Origin: Angustibacter luteus
GTDB lineage: Bacteria; Actinomycetota; Actinomycetes; Actinomycetales; Angustibacteraceae
Direction of reading: 5' to 3'
NCBI RefSeq assembly: GCF_039541115.1
Contig: NZ_BAABFP010000005.1
Coordinates: 868,001-932,000, forward strand
Length of the DNA: 64,000 bases
Both the position numbers and the translations under genes were made by a program. The notes beneath the pieces were generated by a model. It was not told where the DNA came from and made no database searches. It saw nothing but the letters and a program-made list of their open reading frames with translations. Positions 20,442 to 29,740 of this stretch are shown one piece after another (positions within the stretch are counted from its first letter, which is position 1; each line of letters opens with the position of its first letter).

Positions 20442-20509
20442 CGGCGCGAGCGTAGTGCTCACTCGTGCCGATGCCCGAGGAATTTCTCGCGCGGTCGCGC
20501 ACCCCTGGG

Positions 20510-21907
20510 TCAGCCCTGCGGGATGGCGAACCCGTGGCAGAACACGTCGTCCGGGTCCAGCACGGCCTTGACCGCCTGCAGGCGGGCCAGGTGGTGCGGG
20601 CTGAACGCGCTCGCCGTCCGGTGCTGCTTCTCCTCGCCCTCGGTGAAGTTGAGGTACGTGGCACCGGTGACGAACGGGGCCAACGCCTTGCGGGTGTGCC
20701 GCAGGTGCGCCTCGAGCGCCAGCCCGGCGTGCGGGCTGACCACGATGCCGACCATCTCGAGCAGCAGCTCGCCGCTGCGACCGCGGTCGTTGGCCGCGCC
20801 GGCCGCGTTGCGCTTGACCGCACCCCCGGCGTGCCGGACCTCGGTCATCACCAGCATCGGCGGACGTCCCGGCTCGGGCAGCCCGGCCCTGACCAGCACC
20901 TCGACGGCCTCGTCCTCGAGCTCGTCGAACCACTCGGTGGACACCATGGCGGGCATCGGGTCCGGCGGGTCCTGGCTGATCATGTCGTTCATCGCGAACG
21001 GCATGCGGCCGAACATGTCCATCACCGGCGGACGCCACTCGCGCCACTCGTCGATGATCGCCGCACCCTCGTCGAGGTCACCGCTCCAGCAGCCCCGGAC
21101 CATCACGAAGGACTGGCCGCGCAGCGGCTCCGGCACCTCGTCCAGGGGCGGGAAGTTCATCAGCACGAAGGACGACGTGAGCCGCTCGTCCTGCCGCGCT
21201 GACCAGTCACGCCAGCGGCGGATGACGTCGCGGGCCATGAACGCCGGGTAGAGCAGGTTGCCGGCGTAGACCTCGGTGACCGGGAAGAGCTCGATCTCCA
21301 TCGCCGTGACGACCCCGAGCGAACCGCCGCCACCACCCTTGAGGGCCCAGAAGACCTCCGGGTTCTCGTCGGCGCTGGCGCGCAGCTCCTCGCCGCTTGC
21401 CGTGACCAGGTCGAACCAGCGCACGGCGTCCGAGGACAGGCCGTAGCGTCGGCCGAGCCAGCCGAAGCCGCCGCCGAGGGTGTAGCCGACGGCGCCGACG
21501 TCCGTGGTCGAGCCGACCAGCGGGGCGAGTCCGTGCTCGGTGGCCAGCGGCATAACGGCGGCCCACTTGGCGCCGCCCTCGATGCGGGCGGTGCGGGAAA
21601 CCGGGTCGACCTGGACGCCGGTCAACCGGCTCATCACGATGAGGACGCCGCCATCGGACGGGCGGGCGACACCGTGGCCGGTGGCGTGGATGGCGATCGG
21701 GTGGTCGTTCGTCGTGGCGAAGCGCACGGCGGCGGCCACGTCGGAGGTGTCGGCCGCCACCACGAGCACGGCCGGACGGTGCTGGATGGCGAGGTTGTAG
21801 CAGCTGGCGGCCTCGGCGTAGCCGGCGTCACCGGCCAGCAGGACGTCGCCCGTGACGCTGGCTCGCAGGGTGGCGAGGTCGTCGCCGCGGGTGGTGATGG
21901 TGCTCAT
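20510..21907 (-). CDS. FAD-binding oxidoreductase (VAO/berberine-bridge-like)
   Basis: ATGHG (His for possible covalent FAD), VGAVGYTLGGGFGW, FWALKGGG, C-terminal YLNF...DPDDVF. Confidence 0.9.
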   Translation of the reverse strand: MSTITTRGDDLATLRASVTGDVLLAGDAGYAEAASCYNLAIQHRPAVLVVAADTSDVAAAVRFATTNDHPIAIHATGHGVARPSDGGVLIVMSRLTGVQVDPVSRTARIEGGAKWAAVMPLATEHGLAPLVGSTTDVGAVGYTLGGGFGWLGRRYGLSSDAVRWFDLVTASGEELRASADENPEVFWALKGGGGGSLGVVTAMEIELFPVTEVYAGNLLYPAFMARDVIRRWRDWSARQDERLTSSFVLMNFPPLDEVPEPLRGQSFVMVRGCWSGDLDEGAAIIDEWREWRPPVMDMFGRMPFAMNDMISQDPPDPMPAMVSTEWFDELEDEAVEVLVRAGLPEPGRPPMLVMTEVRHAGGAVKRNAAGAANDRGRSGELLLEMVGIVVSPHAGLALEAHLRHTRKALAPFVTGATYLNFTEGEEKQHRTASAFSPHHLARLQAVKAVLDPDDVFCHGFAIPQG

Positions 21908-21984
21908 GGTGTGGTGCTCCTGATCTTGTTCCGCTGGCTCCCTCGGGTGGTGGGGAGCGCCTGGAACGAAGGTGCCGGAGCCTG

Positions 21985-22011
21985 CTTGGGGCCGACTTGG
22001 CTTCCACTTGG
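21985..22011 (-). promoter_or_regulatory. Three CCAAG direct repeats at 11-bp period (candidate SARP binding site)
   Basis: CTTGG on + strand at 21985, 21996 and 22007, upstream of the FAD oxidase. Confidence 0.6.
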
Positions 22012-22072
22012 CCGCCTGTGAGCCACCCGCCGCGGGACCGTGGCGAACGGCCGGTTCGGTCAGGCTGAGTGG

Positions 22073-23011
22073 GTGCCGCCGAACCTCGATCAGCTCGCGG
22101 AGGCTCAGGCAGGTGCGGTCTCGCGCAGCCAGGCACTGACGAGCGGGTTGAGCGGATCGGCGATCGCTCACCGGTGCTCGAGCGGACGCTGGCAACCGCT
22201 CTACCCCGGCGTGTACGCCAGCTACTCGGGCCCGCTGGTGCCGCAGACCCGCGCGTGGGCAGCGCTGCTGCACGCTGGTGCCGGCTCGGTGCTGAGCCAC
22301 CGATCGGCCGCCTTCGAGCAACGACTGCTGGACATCGCCCCCGACCTCGCGGAGGTGACCGTCCGCGCGACGCACCGCGTCACGCCGCAGCCCGGGATCG
22401 TGCTGCACCGCACCCGGCACCTGGAGGCTCGACGTCACCCGGCCCGGCGCCCTCCGCAGACCCGCGTCGAGGACACCGTGCTCGACCTGGTCGAGGCCGC
22501 CCAGGACGAGGACGAGGTCATCGGCTGGCTCACCCGAGGCGTCCAGCGTCGCCTGACGACGCCGGACCGGCTCAGCGCCGCCGCCGTCGCTCGCGGGCGG
22601 CTGCGACACCGCCGGCTCGTCGGGGCCGTGCTGGCGGAGGTGGTGGACGGCATCGCCTCCCCGCTGGAGCTCCGGTACGCGCGGGATGTCGAGCGCCGCC
22701 ACGGGCTGCCGCGCGGACGTCGAGGCCTCGCCGATAGGCAGCGTGGCCGGCGGGTGTACCGCGACGTGGCCTACGAGGAGTTCACCACCTACGTCGAGCT
22801 GGACGGCGTGCTGTACCACCGCGACCAGCAGCTCCGGGACGACGAGCGGGACAACGAGCTGGTCGTTCGCGGGGCCGCGAGCCTGCGGTACGGCTGGGCG
22901 CAGGTCAACGGGCGACCGTGCCTCGTGGCGGGCCAGGTCGGGGCGGTGCTTCAGTGTCGCGGCTGGACTGGACGGATCCTCCGGTGCGGTCCGCGATGCA
23001 GCGCCGCGTGA
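22073..23011 (+). CDS. AbiEi-like N-terminal HTH protein with C-terminal DUF559/Vsr-like endonuclease-fold domain
   Basis: QAGAVSRSQAL..GLS...GRWQPLYPGVY, LSHRSAA, TVLDL, SPLE, YRDVAY...VELDG..YH...D.ERDN...LRYGW, C-terminal CGPRC. Confidence 0.75.
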   Translation: MPPNLDQLAEAQAGAVSRSQALTSGLSGSAIAHRCSSGRWQPLYPGVYASYSGPLVPQTRAWAALLHAGAGSVLSHRSAAFEQRLLDIAPDLAEVTVRATHRVTPQPGIVLHRTRHLEARRHPARRPPQTRVEDTVLDLVEAAQDEDEVIGWLTRGVQRRLTTPDRLSAAAVARGRLRHRRLVGAVLAEVVDGIASPLELRYARDVERRHGLPRGRRGLADRQRGRRVYRDVAYEEFTTYVELDGVLYHRDQQLRDDERDNELVVRGAASLRYGWAQVNGRPCLVAGQVGAVLQCRGWTGRILRCGPRCSAA

Positions 23012-23012
23012 G

Positions 23013-23052
23013 CGTGGCAACGGCGTTCGCCCTGGCGCATGCCGTTGCCACG
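23013..23052. terminator. Hairpin between convergent genes
   Basis: CGTGGCAACGGC-N16-GCCGTTGCCACG 12-bp perfect stem, extendable inwards. Confidence 0.65.
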
Positions 23053-23080
23053 GTGAGCCGTGGACGCGGCGACGCAGGGG

Positions 23081-23917
23081 TCAGCCGGCGGCGCGGGCCG
23101 GAGGCTCGGGCTCGGCGGGGCCGATGTCGGCGGCCGGGTCCTCGAGCTCGAGCTCAGCGCTTGCAGGATCGGCGGGATCGACGTCCGCGCTCTCGTCCTC
23201 AGGGTCACCGGGCAGGGAGACGGTCTTCCCGCGCCGGGCCGCCGCGAGCCGCTCCTTCATGGACGCCGCGTACACGTCCACGTACTCCTGGTCGGAGAGC
23301 TGCATGAGCTCGTACATGATCTCGTCCGTGATGGACCGCAGCACGAACCGGTCGCCCTCCATCCCCTCGTAGCGGGAGAAGTCCAGCGGCTCCCCGATCC
23401 GCACGCCGATCCGGGTGATCTTGGGCAGCTTGCGTCCGATCGGCTGGGCCTTGTCGGTGCCCACCATGACGACGGGAATCACCGGGACACCGCCCTCGAG
23501 GGCCATCCGGGCGACGCCGGTCTTGCCGCGGTAGAGCCGTCCGTCGGGCGAGCGGGTGCCCTCGGGGTAGATGCCCAGCAGGTCGCCCTTGTTGAGCACC
23601 CGCAGTCCGGTGTTGAGCGCCGCCTCGCTGGCCCGGCCGCCACCGCGGTCGATCGGCAGCTGGTCGGCGAGCCGGAAGAACAGGGCCGTGGCCCGTCCCT
23701 TGGGGCCGCGCCCGGTGAAGTAGTCGGCCTTCGCGAGGAAGGTGACCTTCCGGTCGAGCAGCAGCGGCAGGAAGATCGAGTCCGAGAACGACAGGTGGTT
23801 GCTGGCCAGGATCGCCGGGCCCTCGACGGGCACGTGGTCCACCCCGGTCACCCAGGGCCGGAAGATCAGGCGCAGGATGGGACCGAGGACCACGGTCTTC
23901 ATCAACCAGTAGAACAC
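23081..23917 (-). CDS. plsC: 1-acyl-sn-glycerol-3-phosphate acyltransferase
   Basis: SNHLSFSD (HX4D), YPEGTRS, GKTG. Confidence 0.92.
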   Translation of the reverse strand: MFYWLMKTVVLGPILRLIFRPWVTGVDHVPVEGPAILASNHLSFSDSIFLPLLLDRKVTFLAKADYFTGRGPKGRATALFFRLADQLPIDRGGGRASEAALNTGLRVLNKGDLLGIYPEGTRSPDGRLYRGKTGVARMALEGGVPVIPVVMVGTDKAQPIGRKLPKITRIGVRIGEPLDFSRYEGMEGDRFVLRSITDEIMYELMQLSDQEYVDVYAASMKERLAAARRGKTVSLPGDPEDESADVDPADPASAELELEDPAADIGPAEPEPPARAAG

Positions 23918-24050
23918 CGCGCCTCCTCTCCGCTGACCCCACGACCTGACGGATGAACTCTAGTAGCACCTCTCGACCGAACCCCTGCCGCGTGGAACGA
24001 TGCCCCAACCAACACCACCCGACCAGCCGAGCAGCCCTAGGAGTGCCCGC

Positions 24051-24797
24051 GTGCCCGTGATGCCCGGAGCGGAGCCGTTCAGCAGCGACGGCGGCGACGT
24101 CGGCGTGCTGGTGTGCCACGGCTTCACCGGGAGCCCGCAGAGCATGCGTCCGCTGGCGCAGTCGCTGGCCGCCGAGGGCTTCAGCGTCCGGTTGCCGCGG
24201 CTGCCCGGTCACGGCACGACGTGGCAGGAGATGAACCGCACGCAGTGGGCCGACTGGCTGGCCTGCGCCGAGAGCGCCTTCGCCGAGCTCGTCGACAGCT
24301 GCGACCGGGTGTTCGTGGCCGGCCTGTCCATGGGTGGCGCCCTGGCCCTGCGCATCGCCGAGCGACAGGCTCCGCACGTGGCCGGCCTGGCCCTGGTCAA
24401 CCCGTGCGTCACCCTCGGTGACCCGCGCTTGGTGGCCCTGCCCGTGCTCAAGCACGTGCTCGCGTCGTTGCCGGGCATCGCCAGCGACATCGCCCAGCCG
24501 GAGCGCACCGAGCTCGCGTACGACCGCACCCCGCTCAAGGCGCTGCACTCGTTCGTCCAGGCGTTCCCCGAGGTGGTCCGGGACCTGCCGCAGGTGACCC
24601 AGCCGCTGCTGCTGATGCGCTCGGCCGTCGACCACGTCGTCCCGGCGAAGAGCTCGCAGCTGGTGCTGTCCCGCGTCTCCAGCAAGGACGTGACCGAGAT
24701 CGTGCTGGAACGCAGCTTCCACGTGGCGACGCTGGACTACGACGCCGACGTCATCGAGCGCGAGACCCTCGCGTTCATCCGACGAGTGACCGGGTGA
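24051..24797 (+). CDS. Alpha/beta-hydrolase (carboxylesterase/monoacylglycerol lipase-like)
   Basis: HGFTG, LPGHG, GLSMG nucleophile, DHVV, SFHVATLD; AGGAG RBS. Confidence 0.9.
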   Translation: MPVMPGAEPFSSDGGDVGVLVCHGFTGSPQSMRPLAQSLAAEGFSVRLPRLPGHGTTWQEMNRTQWADWLACAESAFAELVDSCDRVFVAGLSMGGALALRIAERQAPHVAGLALVNPCVTLGDPRLVALPVLKHVLASLPGIASDIAQPERTELAYDRTPLKALHSFVQAFPEVVRDLPQVTQPLLLMRSAVDHVVPAKSSQLVLSRVSSKDVTEIVLERSFHVATLDYDADVIERETLAFIRRVTG

Positions 24798-25375
24798 GCG
24801 GGATGCCAGCCGAGCGCGACCAGTCGAGCGGCGACGCCGGACGTGACGCCGACCTCGATGCCGCGTTCGCGCAGATCGTGGCGGGTTGGGACGAGGACAC
24901 CCCGGTCGGCGAGATCCCGCCCTGGCCGGCGTCCGAGGACGCCAGCCGGCACGACGAGAAGCTCGACGAGTCGGCCGAGGGCGGCGGCGCCGAAGACCCA
25001 CCCAACCCGCAGTCGATGGAGCAGATCCGGTACGTCCGCGACCACGGGCTGCCCACCCCGGACGACGACCCGCAACCGGTCGAGCCGTCCCCGCTGACCG
25101 GCCCGCGGGACTGGGAGCTGGCCACCGAGCACGAGGGCCACTTCGTCCCGCCGGACCCGCCGTTCACCGCCAAGCTCGACACGTTCGGACAGCTGGCCTG
25201 GGCGGGTGTGGTCCTCGGACCGGCGTTCCTGCTGTTCGCGGGCCTGTTCTGGCGCGACGTCGGGCACCTCTGGCTGGCCATCGCGGCTGTCGCGTTCGTC
25301 GGCGGCTTCGTGACCCTCGTGCTGCGGTTGCCGCAGACCCGGGACGACGACGGGGACGACGGCGCCGTCGTCTAG
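24794..25375 (+). CDS. Conserved actinobacterial membrane protein
   Basis: DAAFAQIVA, HFVPPDPP, two TM helices, C-terminal DDGAVV; usual neighbour of this esterase. Confidence 0.75.
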   Translation: MSGMPAERDQSSGDAGRDADLDAAFAQIVAGWDEDTPVGEIPPWPASEDASRHDEKLDESAEGGGAEDPPNPQSMEQIRYVRDHGLPTPDDDPQPVEPSPLTGPRDWELATEHEGHFVPPDPPFTAKLDTFGQLAWAGVVLGPAFLLFAGLFWRDVGHLWLAIAAVAFVGGFVTLVLRLPQTRDDDGDDGAVV

Positions 25376-25422
25376 CTCCGCGCTGCCCTGCCACCTCACC
25401 CCGCTCGAAAGGAAGCTTCCTC

Positions 25423-26673
25423 GTGTCGTTCTCCGAGACCGTCCAGATCCGCGGGCACCTGCTCGACACCGGGGTGCTCTCGCGCTGCGTGGACGACGTC
25501 CGGTCCCTGGGCGGCGACTACGTGATCGAGCGCTTCGACGTCGGCAAGGACCACGACGACGAGTCGTACGCCCGGATCCGGGTGCAGACCGACGACGAGC
25601 AGCTGCTGGCCTCGATCCTGATGCGGCTGAACGCGCACGGCGTAAACCTGACCGACCCGGGCGAGACCGTCCTGCGCGAGGTCAGCGCCGACGGCGTCTT
25701 CCCCGGGGACTTCTACTCGACGACCAACCTGGACACCCAGGTGCGGCTGGACGGCCGCTGGGTCGACGTCGAGCAGCCCGAGATGGACTGCGGGCTGCTG
25801 GTCAGCGGGGACGCGGGTTCGCGCCGGGTGCGCACGGTGCCCGTCAGCGACGTGCTGGCCGGCGACCAGATCGTCTGCGGCGCCTCGGGCGTGCGGGTGG
25901 TGATGCCGGTGGCGGAGTTCGCCGAGGACGGCCAGGTGTTCGAGTTCATGAACTCCGAGGTGTCCAGCGAGAAGCCGCAGGCGCTGCTGGTCCGGCAGAT
26001 CGCGGAGGAGATGCGCTCGGTCAAGGCGGCCGGCAAGAAGGTGCTGTGGGTGGCCGGACCCGCCGTCGTGCACACGGGCGCCGCCCCGGCGATGGTCGCA
26101 CTGGTCGAGGCGGGGTTCGTCGACATCCTGTTCGGCGGCAACGCGATCGCCACGCACGACATCGAGTCCTCGATCTACGGGACGTCGCTCGGCGTGGACC
26201 TGTCGAAGGGGCGCGGTGTCGAGCACGGCCACGAGCACCACATCCGCGCGATCAACCAGATCCGCGCGGCGGGCTCCATCGCAGACGCGGTCGACCAGGG
26301 CGTCCTCACCTCGGGCGTCATGCACGCCTTGGTGCGCGGCGAGAAGCAGTACGTGCTCGTCGGTTCGGTGCGGGACGACGGTCCGCTGCCCGACGTGCAC
26401 ACCGACGTGATCGTGGGCCAGCGCAAGATGCGCGAGGCACTGGACGGCGTGGGCTTCGCGATCATGGTCGCGACCATGCTGCACTCGGTCGCCACGGGGA
26501 ACCTGCTGCCCGCCTCCATCCCGCTCGTCTGCGTCGACATCAACCCGGCGACGGTGACCAAGCTGGCCGACCGCGGCTCCTCACAGGCCCGCGGCGTCGT
26601 CACCGACATCGGGCTCTTTCTCGAGCAGCTGGCCGGTGAGCTCAGCCCGGGATGGAACACCCGCGATGCCTGA
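25423..26673 (+). CDS. TIGR00300-family protein (AgrE/ArgZ C-terminal-type ornithine cyclodeaminase)
   Basis: GHLLDTG, DGVFP.DFYSTTN, EMDC, FEFM.SEVSSEK, GPAVVHTG, GNAIATHDIE, GSVRDDGPLP, TMLHSVATGN, CVDINPATVTKL.DRGS. Confidence 0.85.
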   Translation: MSFSETVQIRGHLLDTGVLSRCVDDVRSLGGDYVIERFDVGKDHDDESYARIRVQTDDEQLLASILMRLNAHGVNLTDPGETVLREVSADGVFPGDFYSTTNLDTQVRLDGRWVDVEQPEMDCGLLVSGDAGSRRVRTVPVSDVLAGDQIVCGASGVRVVMPVAEFAEDGQVFEFMNSEVSSEKPQALLVRQIAEEMRSVKAAGKKVLWVAGPAVVHTGAAPAMVALVEAGFVDILFGGNAIATHDIESSIYGTSLGVDLSKGRGVEHGHEHHIRAINQIRAAGSIADAVDQGVLTSGVMHALVRGEKQYVLVGSVRDDGPLPDVHTDVIVGQRKMREALDGVGFAIMVATMLHSVATGNLLPASIPLVCVDINPATVTKLADRGSSQARGVVTDIGLFLEQLAGELSPGWNTRDA

Positions 26674-27280
26674 CACGACCGGCAGCGGCACGGACCAGCG
26701 TGACGAGGACGACGACTTCGAACCCTGGACGGCGGACGGCGCCTCGCGGCTGCGCATCGCCGCGGCCGACCTGCTCGCGGCGCTCGCCGAGCACGCCGAG
26801 ACGGTGGCGTCAGCGGCCGGCGACGCGGACGTCCTGGACGTCTTCGCCGCGAACGACCGCCTGCTGCCCCTCGCCATGGCGTACGCCGACGCCCAGTTCG
26901 ACTACACCGGCAACTTCGGCCCGTTCGGAGCGCTTACGGACGACGACGGCGACGAAGCTGACGGCGAGGACGACGAGGGGCCGACCGAGGAGTCCGTGGC
27001 CACCGGCTTCACCGTGTTGGAGCGGCGCGATTACGCGGTGACCGACGAGGCAGCCGTGCTCGCCGCCGCCGACGCGGACCACCTCGGCCGCGCGCTGCAC
27101 CAGATCGCTGAGGCGGGCGGCTGGCACAGCCTGGGCGACAGCCCCGGCCTGCGCCGCCAGGCGGGCTTCGTGGCCGTCGTCCAGCACGACGCCCTGCTCG
27201 CACCCGACCCGGCGGACTGGCCGCAGGACCTGACCATCGAGGACGGCGAGCTGCTCTACGAGCAGCGCGACGCCTACTGA
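26666..27280 (+). CDS. Acidic hypothetical protein
   Basis: Typical high-GC3 codon pattern, D/E-rich; start overlaps the upstream gene end. Confidence 0.7.
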   Translation: MPDTTGSGTDQRDEDDDFEPWTADGASRLRIAAADLLAALAEHAETVASAAGDADVLDVFAANDRLLPLAMAYADAQFDYTGNFGPFGALTDDDGDEADGEDDEGPTEESVATGFTVLERRDYAVTDEAAVLAAADADHLGRALHQIAEAGGWHSLGDSPGLRRQAGFVAVVQHDALLAPDPADWPQDLTIEDGELLYEQRDAY

Positions 27281-27293
27281 CAGGATCGCCGTC

Positions 27294-28031
27294 ATGGCTC
27301 AGCACGAGATCTGGGACGTCGACACCGCCGCCCGCTACGACACCCCGGGCACCGGGATGTTCTCCCCGGAGGTGCTCGAGCCGACCGTGCAGCGGCTCGC
27401 TGGGCTCACCGCCGGCGGCCGCGCCCTGGAGCTCGCCATCGGCACCGGGCGGGTCGCCGTACCGCTGGCCGAGCGCGGCGTCCCCGTCAGCGGCATCGAG
27501 CTCTCGCAGCCGATGGTCGACCAGCTGCGCGCCAAGGTGGACGCAGGGACGATCCCCGTCGTCCTCGGCGACATGGCCAGCGCCCGCGCGCCCGGCGAGT
27601 TCACGCTCGTGTACCTGGTCTTCAACACCATCTCGAACCTCCTGACCCAGGCCGAGCAGGTCGCCTGCTTCCGGAACGCGGCGAGGCACCTGTCCCCCGG
27701 CGGCTGCTTCGTCATCGAGCTGTGGGTCCCCGAGCTGCGCACCCTGCCGCCCGGGCAGCGGGCCACGGTCGGGCAGGTGGAGCCCGGCTACCTGCTGCTG
27801 GACACCTACGACGTGCTGAACCAGCGCGTCGTCTCGCACCACGTGCACTTCGGGGACGGCACTGCGGCCGAGCTGTTCCGCAGCCCGCACCGCTACATCT
27901 GGCCCGCCGAGCTGGACCTGATGGCCCAGCTGGCCGGGTTCGAGCTGGAGAGCCGGCACGCCGACTGGTCCGGCGCGGACTTCACCGCCGAGTCCGGCTC
28001 GCACGTCTCGGTGTACCGGCTGCCACGCTGA
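27294..28031 (+). CDS. Class I SAM-dependent methyltransferase
   Basis: ALELAIGTGR, GIELS, GDM, HLSPGG. Confidence 0.9.
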   Translation: MAQHEIWDVDTAARYDTPGTGMFSPEVLEPTVQRLAGLTAGGRALELAIGTGRVAVPLAERGVPVSGIELSQPMVDQLRAKVDAGTIPVVLGDMASARAPGEFTLVYLVFNTISNLLTQAEQVACFRNAARHLSPGGCFVIELWVPELRTLPPGQRATVGQVEPGYLLLDTYDVLNQRVVSHHVHFGDGTAAELFRSPHRYIWPAELDLMAQLAGFELESRHADWSGADFTAESGSHVSVYRLPR

Positions 28032-28092
28032 CCTCCGCTGGCTGTCGCCTTCCGGACGCCGATCGTCCGCAATGGCCTCTAGGGTTCCGGTC

Positions 28093-28449
28093 ATGGCTAT
28101 CGCACGCTTCCCCACCGTCGTCCTCGACTGCGCCGACCCCGCCGAGATGTCGCGGTTCTACGGCGCCATGCTCGACTGGAAGATCGAGGAACGCCCCGAC
28201 TGGACCGAGATCCGCGCCGACTACGGCGACTGCATCTCCTTCCAGCAGGTGAAGGACTACAAGCCCCCGCAGTGGCCGGGCCAGGAGGTGCCGCAGCAGA
28301 TGCACCTGGACGTCGTCGTCGACGACCTGGACGCCGCTGAGGCAGCGGTGCTCGAGCTCGGCGCGACCAAGGCGGAGCACCAGCCCGGCACGACGTTCCG
28401 GGTGTTCCTCGACCCCGCCGGTCACCCGTTCTGCCTCTGCCTCAGCTGA
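28093..28449 (+). CDS. VOC/glyoxalase-family protein
   Basis: VVLDCADP...FY, QQMHLD, DPAGHPFCL. Confidence 0.9.
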   Translation: MAIARFPTVVLDCADPAEMSRFYGAMLDWKIEERPDWTEIRADYGDCISFQQVKDYKPPQWPGQEVPQQMHLDVVVDDLDAAEAAVLELGATKAEHQPGTTFRVFLDPAGHPFCLCLS

Positions 28450-28458
28450 TCCCCGGTA

Positions 28459-28627
28459 TCAGGCGGGCGCGGCCGGTCGCCCGACGACCAGGGACTCCAG
28501 AACTGGCGGTGCGAACGTGGCCGCGGTCTGCCCGTCCAGCAGGAAGTCCCAGGCCGCGCGCTGGGTCTCGTAGTAGCTCGGCGACGGCGCCCTCGGCATC
28601 GTCCTCGCTCACGGTCGCGATGAACAT
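28459..28627 (-). pseudogene. Remnant of a CMD/AhpD-like (peroxidase-related) gene
   Basis: MFIATVSEDDAEGAVAE, then after a 1-nt shift YYETQRAAWDFL joined to LDGQTAATFAPPVLESLVVGRP; resembles N- and C-termini of about 200-aa CMD-family proteins with the middle missing. Confidence 0.6.
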
Positions 28628-28687
28628 GCCGTCATCTCATCCCCGTTCGGGACGTAGAGAAGGACCAGGAACGGGCTGAGCCGCGGC

Positions 28688-29740
28688 TCAGGCGCGCGGA
28701 CGACGACGCTGGCGGTTGCGGCGGCTGCGCCGGAACAGCCGGGCCCGGTGCCGGGCCAGGTCCGCAGCGCCGATCAGCCCCGCGTCGTTGCCCATCTGGG
28801 CGCGCACCAGCGGTGCCTCGGGCCGGAAGCCGCGGCCGGTCAGGTGCCGGCGGAAGGCGTCGCGGGCCGGGCCGAGCAGCAGCTCGCCCGCCTCGGACAC
28901 TCCCCCGCCGATGATGAACAGGCCCGGGTCGAACGCGGCGGCCAGGTTGGCCACGCCGATCCCGAGCCAGCGGCCGACGTCGTCGAAGAGCTCCTGCGCT
29001 GCGGGGTCGCCGTCCTTGGCCGCCTGGGTGACCAGCGGTCCGGTGATCCGGGACGCGTCGCCGTCCACCAGGTCGAGCAGCCCGTGCGCGACGGGCGATC
29101 GCGCGGCTGCGAGCTCGCGCGCCTCACGGACCAGTGCGTTGCCGCTGGCGTACTGCTCCCAGCAGCCACGGTTGCCGCACTCGCAGCGGTGACCACCGGG
29201 CACGACCTGCATGTGGCCGAACTCGCCGGCGACGCCGAACTTGCCGCGGTAGAGCCGGCCGTCGACCAGCACCGCACCGCCGATCCCGGTGCCCAGGTTG
29301 ATGCAGACGATCGAGCCCTCGCCCTGCCCGGCGCCGAACCGCGCCTCGGCCCACAGGGCGGCGTTCGCGTCGTTCTCGACCACCACCGGCAGGCCGGTGC
29401 GCCGCCGCATGGCACTGCGCAGCGGCTCGTGACGCCAGGACAGGTGCGGCGCGAACAGCACGGACGACCCGGTCTCGTCCACGAAGCCGGCCGCGCCGAT
29501 GCCGATCGCCATGGCCTCGCGGTGGTCCCAGTCGTCGCGGAGCTCGGCGATCACCTCGGCGATCGTGTCCTCGACGACCTGGGGGCTCTGGCTGCGGTGC
29601 GGGGTCTCGCGGCGCGCCCGGCGCAGCACCTGCCCGTCGATGTCGACCAGCCCGGCCGCGACCTTGGTGCCGCCGATGTCGATGCCGATCGCGGGGCGCG
29701 ACCAGATCTGGCGCGCCCCCTGCGACCGGCGCTCGGTCAC
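28688..29740 (-). CDS. ROK-family glucokinase (second paralog)
   Basis: IGIDIGGTK, ENDANAA, GTGIGG, EFGH, CECGNRGCWEQY. Confidence 0.9.
   Translation of the reverse strand: MTERRSQGARQIWSRPAIGIDIGGTKVAAGLVDIDGQVLRRARRETPHRSQSPQVVEDTIAEVIAELRDDWDHREAMAIGIGAAGFVDETGSSVLFAPHLSWRHEPLRSAMRRRTGLPVVVENDANAALWAEARFGAGQGEGSIVCINLGTGIGGAVLVDGRLYRGKFGVAGEFGHMQVVPGGHRCECGNRGCWEQYASGNALVREARELAAARSPVAHGLLDLVDGDASRITGPLVTQAAKDGDPAAQELFDDVGRWLGIGVANLAAAFDPGLFIIGGGVSEAGELLLGPARDAFRRHLTGRGFRPEAPLVRAQMGNDAGLIGAADLARHRARLFRRSRRNRQRRRPRA

Noticed and set aside
22073..23011. Complete type IV AbiE toxin-antitoxin system
   Set aside because: No adjacent AbiEii nucleotidyltransferase gene
20442..23020. Long N-terminal extensions of the SARP (to 21047) and oxidase (to 23020) ORFs suggesting fusions
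   Set aside because: The extensions overlap other genuine genes; starts at 20441 and 21907 fit promoter/RBS signals and domain boundaries
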